A stretch of DNA of 62,673 nucleotides from Gemmatimonadota bacterium (GTDB taxonomy: Bacteria > Gemmatimonadota > Gemmatimonadetes > Longimicrobiales > RSA9): the NCBI GenBank assembly GCA_040905425.1, contig JBBDRO010000111.1, positions 4,382 through 67,054 of the forward strand, given 5' to 3'. The first letter of the stretch is position 1, and every line of letters starts with the position of its first letter. Of this stretch, positions 48,873 to 57,598 are shown in pieces. Under the pieces are notes generated by a model, which ran no database searches, was not told the DNA's origin, and saw only the letters and a list, made by a program, of their open reading frames with translations. The position numbers and the translations under genes were made by a program.

Positions 48873-51185
48873 TCAGGGGTCGATCACCAGAAACACCGTC
48901 TCCCGCGTGGCCACCCGCCCGGTGTCCAGATCCGTAACCGTCACCTCGATACGGTAGCGACCCTGCCCCACCGAGGGAACCACGTGCCGTAATTCCTGCG
49001 TGGCGCCGGCGGCGTCAGGGTCGGCCACACCATCGAAGGTGAGGCGCAACGCGCCACCGCCGCCGAAGAGGCCCTTGATGCGGTCCATCAGGCCCTTCTC
49101 CGTGGCCTCGAGTACCACCTCCGTGCGGTACGCCGCGTCGGCCTCGAGTCCGTACACCTCGTAGAAGATGTTCAGCGCCGCGCCCTCCTCGAACTGGCGG
49201 GGCGGCACCAGTCCCAGGTGGGCCTCGCCGCGGCTCCAGGTGCCGCTGTCCGGTTCGGCCAGGACGATGTCACTGATGTCCAGCCCGGCGGGATGGAAGG
49301 CCGGCACCGGTTGCGCGGCGCCGTAGAGCTTCCCGGCGCTGGGCCGGTTGGCGTCCCGGATCACCATGCGGTGGATGACGGAGGCGCTGGGGGGCGCAGC
49401 CAGGCTCACGTGGACGCGCACGTGGTCACGGGGACCGAGTACCCGGTCGGAGCGGTAGTGGAGCGTGGTGTCCGCCCGGGTGACGTGGTCCGTGAGGGTG
49501 TCCACCACGATGAAGGACAGGTCCACGCCGTAGACCACCACGCCGTTCATGGTACGGCCCTCGAGCACGCGGGCCGGCACTGCGGCCGCGGCGGTAAGGT
49601 CCGTGAGCCCCGCCGCGCCCTGGAAGGCGTAGAGGTCGTAGTAGTAGGGGACCTCCTCCTCGAAGTCGGGGCGGTCCGAGTCACGGCTGAGGCCGTCCAG
49701 GGTGGCGCTGCGCGTCTGTCCGGTTTGGATCACCCGGGCCGCGTCGAACATATCGAGCAGGGCATCGGCGTCCCGATCCGCTTCCATGGCGCCTCGCCCG
49801 AAGTCCAGCCCCGCCATGCGTGACTTGCGCTGCCACGACTCGATGCGCGAGGCAATGTTCTTATAGGCGGGTTCGTAGCGGGCGCGATCCTCCAGCAGCC
49901 GGACGATGGCGTCCGCGGGGAAGTTGGTGACGGTGGGGTCCAGCGCGCTCATGATGTCGGGCACCAGGCGGTAATCCGTGCTCTCCCGCAGCACCACGAA
50001 ATGGTACAGGGCGTTGCTGCCATCGGGCTGGTGGTAGACCCACATCTCGTTCGGGCGGAGCTCGCTGGAGGGCGTCTGCACCACCGCGTCGGGATCGCCG
50101 TGGCGGACCAGGACCACGCCCCGATCGTCGAGCGGGAGCGGACGCGCCTGCGCGTCCTGACGGAGCAGCGCGCCGGCGGGCGGTGCGCCCCGGCCCCTGC
50201 CCTCGCGCCGGAAGCGCTCCAGCGCGGTGGCCAGGCGCTGGTAGTGCTCACCGATGCGCTCCTCCTCCGTGACGCCGCCGTAGGCCGCCCGCACGGCCCA
50301 GAACTGCCGCAGCAACTCCGTCCGCTCCTCCAGCGTGCCCGCCGCTTTCCAGCTGGCCTCCTCGTCGGGCCGGGCGATGATGGCCACATCCTCCCAGTAC
50401 GCCGCGGCCGCGGCCGGCGTGAGCGCGTCCAGGCCAGCCCGGTAGGCCCGAGCACCCTCGCCCCGCCGATCGTCCAGCGGCAGCAATGCGCGCGCCTCCG
50501 CAAGCAGGGAGAGGGCCGGGTCAGCCCCGGCGTCCCGCGCCCTCGTGGCCGCGGCGGCAGCAGCGCCACGATTGCCCAGGGCCGCCTCCACGGCGGAGAC
50601 GGCCAGCGCCACCGACGCGCTCACCGAGGGCGCCGTGTTGAAGCGCGCCAGCAGATCCCGCGCGCGCAGCAGGCCGTCCCGCTCACCCCGCTCCAGCGCC
50701 ACATGGGCCAGCTCCAGCGCGGCCTGCTCGAAGGTGGGATCCAGTTCCAGGGCCCGCGCGAAGGAATGGCCGGCAAGGGACATCGGATCGCGGCCGCGCG
50801 CCTCGGCCAGCACGTCGTCCAGGATGAAGCCGCGCGGCGCGTCTCCCTCCCCGCCCGGTCCCTTGAGGAGGGCCAGGCCCAGTCCGAAGTGAGCGTAGGC
50901 GATGCTCGAATCCTGGCGCAGCACTTCCTCGAACGCCGCCCGCGCGGCCTCCGCGTCATGCTCGTCCAGGGTGAGCTCGTACAGGCGGATGAGCACCAGG
51001 CCACGCTCCAGCGCGGCCACGGAGAGGCCGCTCGAATCCGCCAGGTTGGCCTCCCGCTGCCGCAGCTCGGGCACGCTCATGGCCACGGCCAGCCGCTCCC
51101 GCACGGCATCCAGGCGGACGCGCTGGCCCAGAACGCTCGTGGGCAGGAGTGCCGCCACCAGGATAGGCAGGATGAGTCTTTTCAT
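48873..51185 (-). CDS. TPR + GWxTD-like domain protein
   Basis: Signal peptide; TPRs (AYAHFGLGLAL, FARALELDP); RQFW...RIGEHYQRL, DDRGVVLVRHGDPD, NEMWVY; C-terminal SDIVL...GRYRIEVTVTD. Confidence 0.78.
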   Translation of the reverse strand: MKRLILPILVAALLPTSVLGQRVRLDAVRERLAVAMSVPELRQREANLADSSGLSVAALERGLVLIRLYELTLDEHDAEAARAAFEEVLRQDSSIAYAHFGLGLALLKGPGGEGDAPRGFILDDVLAEARGRDPMSLAGHSFARALELDPTFEQAALELAHVALERGERDGLLRARDLLARFNTAPSVSASVALAVSAVEAALGNRGAAAAAATRARDAGADPALSLLAEARALLPLDDRRGEGARAYRAGLDALTPAAAAAYWEDVAIIARPDEEASWKAAGTLEERTELLRQFWAVRAAYGGVTEEERIGEHYQRLATALERFRREGRGRGAPPAGALLRQDAQARPLPLDDRGVVLVRHGDPDAVVQTPSSELRPNEMWVYHQPDGSNALYHFVVLRESTDYRLVPDIMSALDPTVTNFPADAIVRLLEDRARYEPAYKNIASRIESWQRKSRMAGLDFGRGAMEADRDADALLDMFDAARVIQTGQTRSATLDGLSRDSDRPDFEEEVPYYYDLYAFQGAAGLTDLTAAAAVPARVLEGRTMNGVVVYGVDLSFIVVDTLTDHVTRADTTLHYRSDRVLGPRDHVRVHVSLAAPPSASVIHRMVIRDANRPSAGKLYGAAQPVPAFHPAGLDISDIVLAEPDSGTWSRGEAHLGLVPPRQFEEGAALNIFYEVYGLEADAAYRTEVVLEATEKGLMDRIKGLFGGGGALRLTFDGVADPDAAGATQELRHVVPSVGQGRYRIEVTVTDLDTGRVATRETVFLVIDP

Positions 51186-51414
51186 GGCGGACCCGCCGGC
51201 AGGGGTTAGGTACGGCGCACGTCAGTACTATGAATACGGCCAGGGCGGCCGAACGTTCCAGACCCGGGAGGGCCGCAGGCCCCCCGCTGAAGCGGCAGTA
51301 GGCGCGGCACCATACTGCCGGATACCGCAAGATTCGTGGGAGGGCGCCGGACGGCGCCCTCGTGACGCGGCGCATCCGGTCAGCCACCGGACGGGTGCCC
51401 GGCCGGACGCCGGC

Positions 51415-52728
51415 TCAGCCAGCCGTCGCTTTCTCCTCCTCCAGACACGCCTCCAGGCCGGCGAAGAGCCGCTCGAAGTGCCGCGGCTCGTGGGCCGCCG
51501 TAGCGCACAGGCGCAGGCGGGCCTGACCGGGGGAGACCGCCGGAAAGACCACGGCCGAGACGAAGACACCGTGCTCCAGGAGGCGGCGTGCCCAGCGGTA
51601 GGCCCGCCACTCGTCGCCCAGGAGAACAGGGACCACGGGGGTGGTGGAGGGCGTGGTGGGCAGCCCGAGCGCCTCCAACCCCTCGGCCAGGCGCGCCGTG
51701 TTGGCCTCCAGGCGCCGCATGATGGACGGGTCCTCGCGCAGTATGCGGAGGGACTCGAGCACCGCCGCGGCGTTGGCGGGCGTCATGGCTGCCGAGAAGA
51801 TGTAGGGCGCGGAGCCGTGCTGGATGTAGATCTTGAGCGGCAGGGAGCCCGCCACGAAGCCGCCAGAAGACGGTATGCCCTTGGAGAGGGAGCCGGTCAG
51901 TATGTCCACGCCCGAGGGGTCCACACCCTGCTTCTCACAGATGCCACGCCCGCCCGCGCCGATGGCGCCGATGGAGTGGGCCTCGTCCACCAGCAGGAAG
52001 GCTCCGTGGCGGTTCTTGATCTCGATGAGATCGGCCAGCGGCGCCTCGTCCCCGTCCATGCTGAACACGGCGTCCACAGCCACCAGCACCCGCTCCGCGC
52101 CGCGGTTCCTGGCCTGGCGCAGGCGCCGCTCCAGATCCTCCATGTCATTGTGCTTGAAGCGTCGGGCCTCGCAGCCGGCCATGCGCACGCCGTCGTGGAT
52201 GCTCTGGTGCGCGTACTGGTCCAGGATGGCCACGTCACCGGGGCCGAAGAGGGAGGTAATGGCGGCCACGTTGGCGTCGTAGCCGGAGGCGAAGGTGGCC
52301 GCGGCCTCCTGCCCCAGGAAGTCCGCCAGCTCACGCTCCAGCTCGTGGTGCAGCTCCAGCGTGCCGGTCAGCAGGCGCACGCCCCCCGTGGACGTGCCGT
52401 AGCGTTCCACGGCGCGCTGCACCGCCGCGTTGATGCGGGGATGGCCGATGAGCCCCGTGTAACTGTAGCTGGAGAACATGACCAGCTCCGCGCCGAGCGC
52501 ACTGCTATCCGGCCGGGCCGCGCGGCTGAGGGGAAGCTGGTAGGTGTAGAGGGACTCGGGCAGCCCCGCCGCGAAGAGCTCGAACCAGCGCCGCACGTTG
52601 GCGGTGTCCAGGAGGGAGCCCGCGGGGACCAGCTCGTCCATGGAACGGCCCTCGAAGGCGCCCTGGAAGGGGTCGCGCGTGTAAGCGCTGAGCTCGGGCG
52701 TGGCGTCACCGGTCCGGTCGCGGCGCAC
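51415..52728 (-). CDS. PLP-dependent alpha-oxoamine synthase (BioF/serine palmitoyltransferase family)
   Basis: GVRLLTGT, SGYDAN, HQSI, FKHND, FSMDGD, DEAHS, GSLSK. Start is GTG 52728 (just after the upstream stop) or ATG 52641. Confidence 0.9.
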   Translation of the reverse strand: MRRDRTGDATPELSAYTRDPFQGAFEGRSMDELVPAGSLLDTANVRRWFELFAAGLPESLYTYQLPLSRAARPDSSALGAELVMFSSYSYTGLIGHPRINAAVQRAVERYGTSTGGVRLLTGTLELHHELERELADFLGQEAAATFASGYDANVAAITSLFGPGDVAILDQYAHQSIHDGVRMAGCEARRFKHNDMEDLERRLRQARNRGAERVLVAVDAVFSMDGDEAPLADLIEIKNRHGAFLLVDEAHSIGAIGAGGRGICEKQGVDPSGVDILTGSLSKGIPSSGGFVAGSLPLKIYIQHGSAPYIFSAAMTPANAAAVLESLRILREDPSIMRRLEANTARLAEGLEALGLPTTPSTTPVVPVLLGDEWRAYRWARRLLEHGVFVSAVVFPAVSPGQARLRLCATAAHEPRHFERLFAGLEACLEEEKATAG

Positions 52729-52729
52729 C

Positions 52730-53944
52730 TCAGGCTCCCAGTCTGAAGGCAACTTTGACGGAGCGGTGCCCGCCCTTGTCGAGGGCGGTTCGGAGTGCTG
52801 CACGATAATCCTCCACGCCGAAATCATGTGTCAGTAAGCCGTACGAAGCCCAGTCGCCGTCCCGCAGGAGGGTGAGCGCAGCGTCGTAGATGTCGCGGTC
52901 TGCACCGTTGAAGGTGACGCGTCCGTAGGCAAAGATACCCGCCACGGTGAGCTGGCGATACCATACGCGCGTCCAGTCGGCCGCGACCCGTGCGGCGCCG
53001 CCCACCAGGATCAGCCTGCCGCCCTCCCGCGTGAGGGCCAGTGCCTGGCTGACGGTCCCCTGACTGCCCACGGTGTCGTAGATCAGCGAGGGCCCGCCCT
53101 CCACGAACTTCTGCGCCAGGGTGGGCTCATACAGGCGCGCGCCCGGCAGCGCCGCCGCCCAGTCCCGCACCTCGTCGTTCGAGCGGAGGACGGTGTCCGC
53201 GCCGCAGCGCACGGCCAGCTCCGCCTGGAAGTCGTAGCGCGCCTGCACGGCCAGCGGCCCCTGCCACCCCGTGCGGCGCAGCGCCACCACGGTGAGCAGG
53301 CCGATCGTACCCGCGCCCACCACCAGCACCTGGTCGTCCTCGCGGGGCGGGTGCAGGAGCACCGGGCGGAGCGCGGACGCCAGCGGATCGGCCAGCACGG
53401 CCACCTCGTCGGGGAGCGGGTCGGCCCGATGGAGCTGGCTCTCATGCGCCACGAACGCGCTGGACCAGCCGCCGCCCACCCCGGGATGGAAGCCGACCAT
53501 GGGCCCCGTGCCGAGCGGGCCGCCGACGGTGGCCCGGCACAGCCCGTATTCCCCGCGCGCGCACGCGACGCACGGCTCCACCTCCCGCTGCCGGCACGCC
53601 AGCATGGGATTGACCACCACGCGGTCCCCCACGGCCCAGTCGCGCACGCCCGCGCCCAGTTCGGCCACTCGACCCACGTTCTCGTGCCCGAAGGTGAAGG
53701 GGTAGGCGCCGAACGGCTCCAGGGTGAACGAGTCGTGGGCCGTCACCGCCGACAGGTCACTGCCGCAGATGCCGCTCAGGGTGGTGTCCACCCGCACCCA
53801 GTTCTCCCCGGGCAGCTCGGGCACGGGCACGTCGTCCAGGGACACGCAGCCGAGCCGGCCGAGCGCCAGCTCCCGGGAGCGGCGGGCGGCGTAGCGCGTC
53901 CACAGGTAGCGGACGGGGCGGTAGTGGAAGCGGACTGCTCGCAC
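52730..53944 (-). CDS. Zinc-binding (MDR) dehydrogenase
   Basis: GICGSD, GHE, C...CVAC...C, GAGTIG; GTG start VRAVRF. Confidence 0.88.
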   Translation of the reverse strand: MRAVRFHYRPVRYLWTRYAARRSRELALGRLGCVSLDDVPVPELPGENWVRVDTTLSGICGSDLSAVTAHDSFTLEPFGAYPFTFGHENVGRVAELGAGVRDWAVGDRVVVNPMLACRQREVEPCVACARGEYGLCRATVGGPLGTGPMVGFHPGVGGGWSSAFVAHESQLHRADPLPDEVAVLADPLASALRPVLLHPPREDDQVLVVGAGTIGLLTVVALRRTGWQGPLAVQARYDFQAELAVRCGADTVLRSNDEVRDWAAALPGARLYEPTLAQKFVEGGPSLIYDTVGSQGTVSQALALTREGGRLILVGGAARVAADWTRVWYRQLTVAGIFAYGRVTFNGADRDIYDAALTLLRDGDWASYGLLTHDFGVEDYRAALRTALDKGGHRSVKVAFRLGA

Positions 53945-54133
53945 GACACCGGGCCAGGCGCGGGAGGGTGCCCACGACGGCGGAAGCGGGGAGTGGATGC
54001 GGGTGTGCCCGAAGGATATGGGGCCGCAGCCCGCCTCACAAGCCGGAAAGCGACCTGCACGCGGCGCCCGCCCCCGGCGCGCGCCGCGTCCATGGCCCTT
54101 GTCCACGACGCGGGCCGGGCCGAACTTTGGGGC

Positions 54134-54721
54134 ATGACCCCGGACAACCCGCCCCCCGAGGGCGTCCTCCCTCCCGGCCTGGACCGGCGCGGCTTCCTGC
54201 GCGGCGTGGCGGGCGGCACGGCCGCCGTGGCGCTGGCCTCGCTGCTGCCCGCGGGCTGCGGCCGCGACTACCCGCAGGCACGCGCCGATCGGGCCGACCT
54301 CCAGGGCCTCACGGACAAGGAGTACGCCGTGGCGCGCGCGGCCGCCGAGGCGCTGCTCGTGGACGTGCCCGTGGATCCCGGCCTGGTGGTGCGGCGCCTG
54401 GACCGGGAGCTGGCGCTGGTGGGGGACCCGGTCCTGGCGGACATGAAGACGGTGCTGGGGCTGGTGGAGCACATGACGCCGCTCGGGGGACGGCTGCGCC
54501 GCTTCACCGCGCTGCCGCTGGAGCGGCGCCGCGCCTACCTGGCGGGGTGGCGGGACAGCCGCTTCAACCTGCGCCGCGGGGCCTACAACGCGCTGCGCGG
54601 CTTCGTGGCCTTCTTTGCCTTTGCCGATGACGCCACGCGGCCGCTGACCGGCTTCGGCGGTCCCTGGCCCGAGCATATCCAGGTGCCCGCCTACCCCGTG
54701 GACTACGGGGGGGTGGCGTGA
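54134..54721 (+). CDS. Tat-exported small subunit (gluconate 2-dehydrogenase subunit 3-like) partner of the GMC oxidoreductase
   Basis: LDRRGFL Tat motif, PAGC, FTALPLERRRAYL, TGFGGP; GTGA overlap with the GMC gene. Confidence 0.7.
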   Translation: MTPDNPPPEGVLPPGLDRRGFLRGVAGGTAAVALASLLPAGCGRDYPQARADRADLQGLTDKEYAVARAAAEALLVDVPVDPGLVVRRLDRELALVGDPVLADMKTVLGLVEHMTPLGGRLRRFTALPLERRRAYLAGWRDSRFNLRRGAYNALRGFVAFFAFADDATRPLTGFGGPWPEHIQVPAYPVDYGGVA

Positions 54722-56262
54722 TCATCCAGGGCACGAACCGGAGCACGGACGTGCACGACCGCGCGGACGTGGTGGTGGTGGGCACGGGCGCGGGCGGGGG
54801 CACGCTGGCCGCCTACCTGGCCGAGCGCGGGTGGGATGTGGTCATGCTGGATCGGGGCGGCTTCCACCGGGCGGCGGACTTCACCCAGCGTGAGGAGGAC
54901 GCCATGGGCGCCTTCAACGGCCGCCGCGGCATGGACGCCACCACGGACAACGCCATCTTCTTCAACTACGCCGAGGCCATCGGCGGCTCCACCGTGCACT
55001 ACTGGGGGGACTCCTTCCGCACGCCGGCCGACCGCCTGCGGCGCTGGCGGGAGGAGCACGGCCTGGAGTGGATGACGCCCGCCGAGCTGGACCCGCACTT
55101 CGCCGCCATCGAGGAGGAGCTGGGGATCCATGTGACCCCCGAAAACCTCTTCAACGAGAACAACCGCCTGGTCCGGCAGGGCTGCGAGGCGCTGGGCATC
55201 GAGGGCCATCCGCCGCCCACGGCGCGCGTGGACTGCATCGGCTGCGGCTGGACGCAGTACGGCTGCGCGTACAATCGCAAGTCCTCCCAGACCATCACCA
55301 CCATCCCGCGCGTCTCGAAGGCGGGCGGCCGGGTCTACAGTGACGCGCGCGCCGAGGTGCTCCTGCGTGACGCGGACGGCCGCGCGGTGGGGGTGACGGG
55401 CAGTCTGCTGGATCGAGCCACCGCGCGTCCGCGGGCGGCCTTCCGCGTGGACGCGCCCTTCGTGGTGGTGGCCGGCGGCGCGCTGGGCACCGCGGAGCTG
55501 CTGCTGCGCAACCTGGATGACCCCACCGTGGGCCGCCGTCTCTACATCAACCCGCACTACTTCGTGTGGGCCGACATGGGGCGCGAGATCGACAACGTCA
55601 CCGGGCTGCCCTGCGCCTACGTGGTGCACGGCTTCCGGGAGGTGCGACGGAGTGCAGCCGGGGCCTACGAGAGCGGCGGCTACATCATGCTGACCAATCA
55701 CCAGTCGCCGGGGGTGGCGGCGGTGATGCTGGGTGGCCAGGGCGCGGAGCTGACGCGCCGCATGGGGGCGTACCGCCGCCTGGGCTCGCTCATGAGCGTG
55801 ATCGACGAGGAGCACCCCGGGCGCGTCTTCCTGGGGGAGGACGGGCTGCGGCGCGCCGACTTCCGGGTGCGCGGCGTGGATCAGCTGAAGGCGGTGGATT
55901 TCCTGCAGAACGCGGCCCGCATCTTCCTGGCGGCCGGCGCGCGCGAGGTGTGGATCCCCGACGTGCACGGCACCGTAGTGCGGAATGAGGCGGAAGTGGC
56001 CCGCATCGGCATCCAGTCCGTCCAGCCGAACGCGCAGTTCTGCGCCGGCAGCCATCTGCTCGGCACCGCACCGCTGGGCACCAATGCGGACGATTCCTTC
56101 GCCGGACCCACCGGGGAGGCGCATCGCGTGCCCGGCCTCTACGTGGCGGACGGCGCCGCGCTGCCCGGCTCCGTCTCGGTGGACCCGTCCCTGTCCATCA
56201 TGGGGGTGGCCCGCTGGCTGGCGGCGGGCCTGCACGAGCGGGCCGGGCGGGCGGGCGCGTGA
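54718..56262 (+). CDS. GMC-family FAD oxidoreductase
   Basis: VVVGTGAGG, IGGST, CIGCG.....C, AGGALGT, SHLLGT, LYVADG, VDPSLSI. Confidence 0.9.
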   Translation: MIIQGTNRSTDVHDRADVVVVGTGAGGGTLAAYLAERGWDVVMLDRGGFHRAADFTQREEDAMGAFNGRRGMDATTDNAIFFNYAEAIGGSTVHYWGDSFRTPADRLRRWREEHGLEWMTPAELDPHFAAIEEELGIHVTPENLFNENNRLVRQGCEALGIEGHPPPTARVDCIGCGWTQYGCAYNRKSSQTITTIPRVSKAGGRVYSDARAEVLLRDADGRAVGVTGSLLDRATARPRAAFRVDAPFVVVAGGALGTAELLLRNLDDPTVGRRLYINPHYFVWADMGREIDNVTGLPCAYVVHGFREVRRSAAGAYESGGYIMLTNHQSPGVAAVMLGGQGAELTRRMGAYRRLGSLMSVIDEEHPGRVFLGEDGLRRADFRVRGVDQLKAVDFLQNAARIFLAAGAREVWIPDVHGTVVRNEAEVARIGIQSVQPNAQFCAGSHLLGTAPLGTNADDSFAGPTGEAHRVPGLYVADGAALPGSVSVDPSLSIMGVARWLAAGLHERAGRAGA

Positions 56263-56822
56263 GACGGGCCTGGCCGCCGCGCCGGACCTGGCCGCTCTGG
56301 ACCGTCCTGCTCGTGGCGCTGCTGCCCGGCGCCGGCTGTGTGGGTTATCGTATCCGGGAGGCGAGCGATCCGGAGGCTGTGCTCACGCCCCCCGCCGCCC
56401 CCCTCGCCGCGGATGACCCCACTGCCATAGCCACGGAGATCCTGCGGCAGGTCAACCGGGCGCGGAGCGCCGTGGGGGCGCGCCCGCTCGCGGCCGAGCC
56501 CGCGCTGGACACGGCGGCGCGAGAGTACGCCGCCGAGCTGGCGGAGCGCGGCGCCATCGGCCACAGCTCCGCCACACCGGGCCGGCGGACCCTGCGCGAG
56601 CGGCTGCGTGCGGCCGGCGCCAACCATCGACGCTCCGGTGAGAACCTGGCGCTCATGCAGAGCACGGCCAGCCAGCTGCCCGTGCGCGTGGTGCGGGGCT
56701 GGCTGCGCTCCCCTGGGCACCGCGCCAACCTGCTGGATGCGCGCTTTCGCTATTCCGGGCTGGGCGTGGCACGGGACGGGCGCGGCCGTTGGTTCGTGGT
56801 GCAGGTGTACGGCGGTGAATGA
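56259..56822 (+). CDS. CAP/SCP-domain lipoprotein
   Basis: Lipobox GAGC, VNRAR, GENLA, WLRSPGHRANLL. Confidence 0.88.
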   Translation: MRRAWPPRRTWPLWTVLLVALLPGAGCVGYRIREASDPEAVLTPPAAPLAADDPTAIATEILRQVNRARSAVGARPLAAEPALDTAAREYAAELAERGAIGHSSATPGRRTLRERLRAAGANHRRSGENLALMQSTASQLPVRVVRGWLRSPGHRANLLDARFRYSGLGVARDGRGRWFVVQVYGGE

Positions 56823-57564
56823 GCCGTGGCCCGTGGCCGCGACCTCTGAGGCCGCCGCGCCCGAGAGCTTTCCCGACCCCCCGCCGGCCCCCCAGCTGCG
56901 CGCCTTCCTGGACCGCTACGCCCCGCTCGCGCCGGCCCCGCTCTGCCCGGAGGTGCAAGTCTTCCAGGCGCGTTCCCTGGTGGAGGTTTGGGAGGCTGCC
57001 GAGGCGCTAGCGGAGGCGCCGCTCCCCTCGCCCTTCTGGGCCTACCCCTGGGCGGCGGGGCAGGCGCTGGCGCGCGTGCTGCTGGACCGGCCGGCATGGG
57101 TGCGGGGCGGCCGCGTGCTGGACCTGGGCGCGGGGGGCGGGGTGAGCGCGCTGGCGGCCGGGGCGGCGGGCGCTGCGGCGGTCGTGGCCAATGACGTGGA
57201 CCCTTGGGCGCTGGCGGTGACGCGCCTGGCCGCCGGCCACCAGGGGAGCGCCGTGGAACTCAGGGCAGGGGACCTGACGGGCGGCGAGGGCGCCGCGCTG
57301 GACGGCTGGGACGTGGTGCTGGCCGGGGACCTCTGCTACGAACGCCGCCACGCGGGGCGCCAGCGAGCGGCGCTCCAGCGCGCTGCGGACGCCGGGGCCC
57401 TGGTGCTGGCCGCCGACGCCGGCCGCGCCTTCTTCCAGACGGAGGGGCTGGAGGAGGTGGCGCGCTTCAGGCTGGCCGTGCCCCGGGACCTCGAGGGCGT
57501 GGACGAGCGCACCCCGCGCGTCTTCCGCGTGCTGCCAGGGGCGCTGCCTACAGCGCCTCCCTGA
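56815..57564 (+). CDS. SAM-dependent methyltransferase (Nnt1/ETFbeta-KMT/PrmA-like)
   Basis: PFWAYPWAAGQALAR, VLDLGAGGG, LAGDLCYE. Confidence 0.88.
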   Translation: MNEPWPVAATSEAAAPESFPDPPPAPQLRAFLDRYAPLAPAPLCPEVQVFQARSLVEVWEAAEALAEAPLPSPFWAYPWAAGQALARVLLDRPAWVRGGRVLDLGAGGGVSALAAGAAGAAAVVANDVDPWALAVTRLAAGHQGSAVELRAGDLTGGEGAALDGWDVVLAGDLCYERRHAGRQRAALQRAADAGALVLAADAGRAFFQTEGLEEVARFRLAVPRDLEGVDERTPRVFRVLPGALPTAPP

Positions 57565-57592
57565 AGCGCAGGTTGGCCTCCACCTCGGCGCG
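57540..57592 (-). pseudogene. Diverged copy of the last codons of the acylase gene (direct repeat of 61073-61125)
   Basis: 49/53 nt identical; reads RAEVEANLRFREAL* versus RSEVEANVRFREVL*. Confidence 0.8.
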
Positions 57593-57598
57593 TGCTGG

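Noticed and set aside
52729..52827. 98-bp overlap between the dehydrogenase and the PLP enzyme as given by the track
   Set aside because: An in-frame GTG at 52728 right after the upstream stop removes the overlap.
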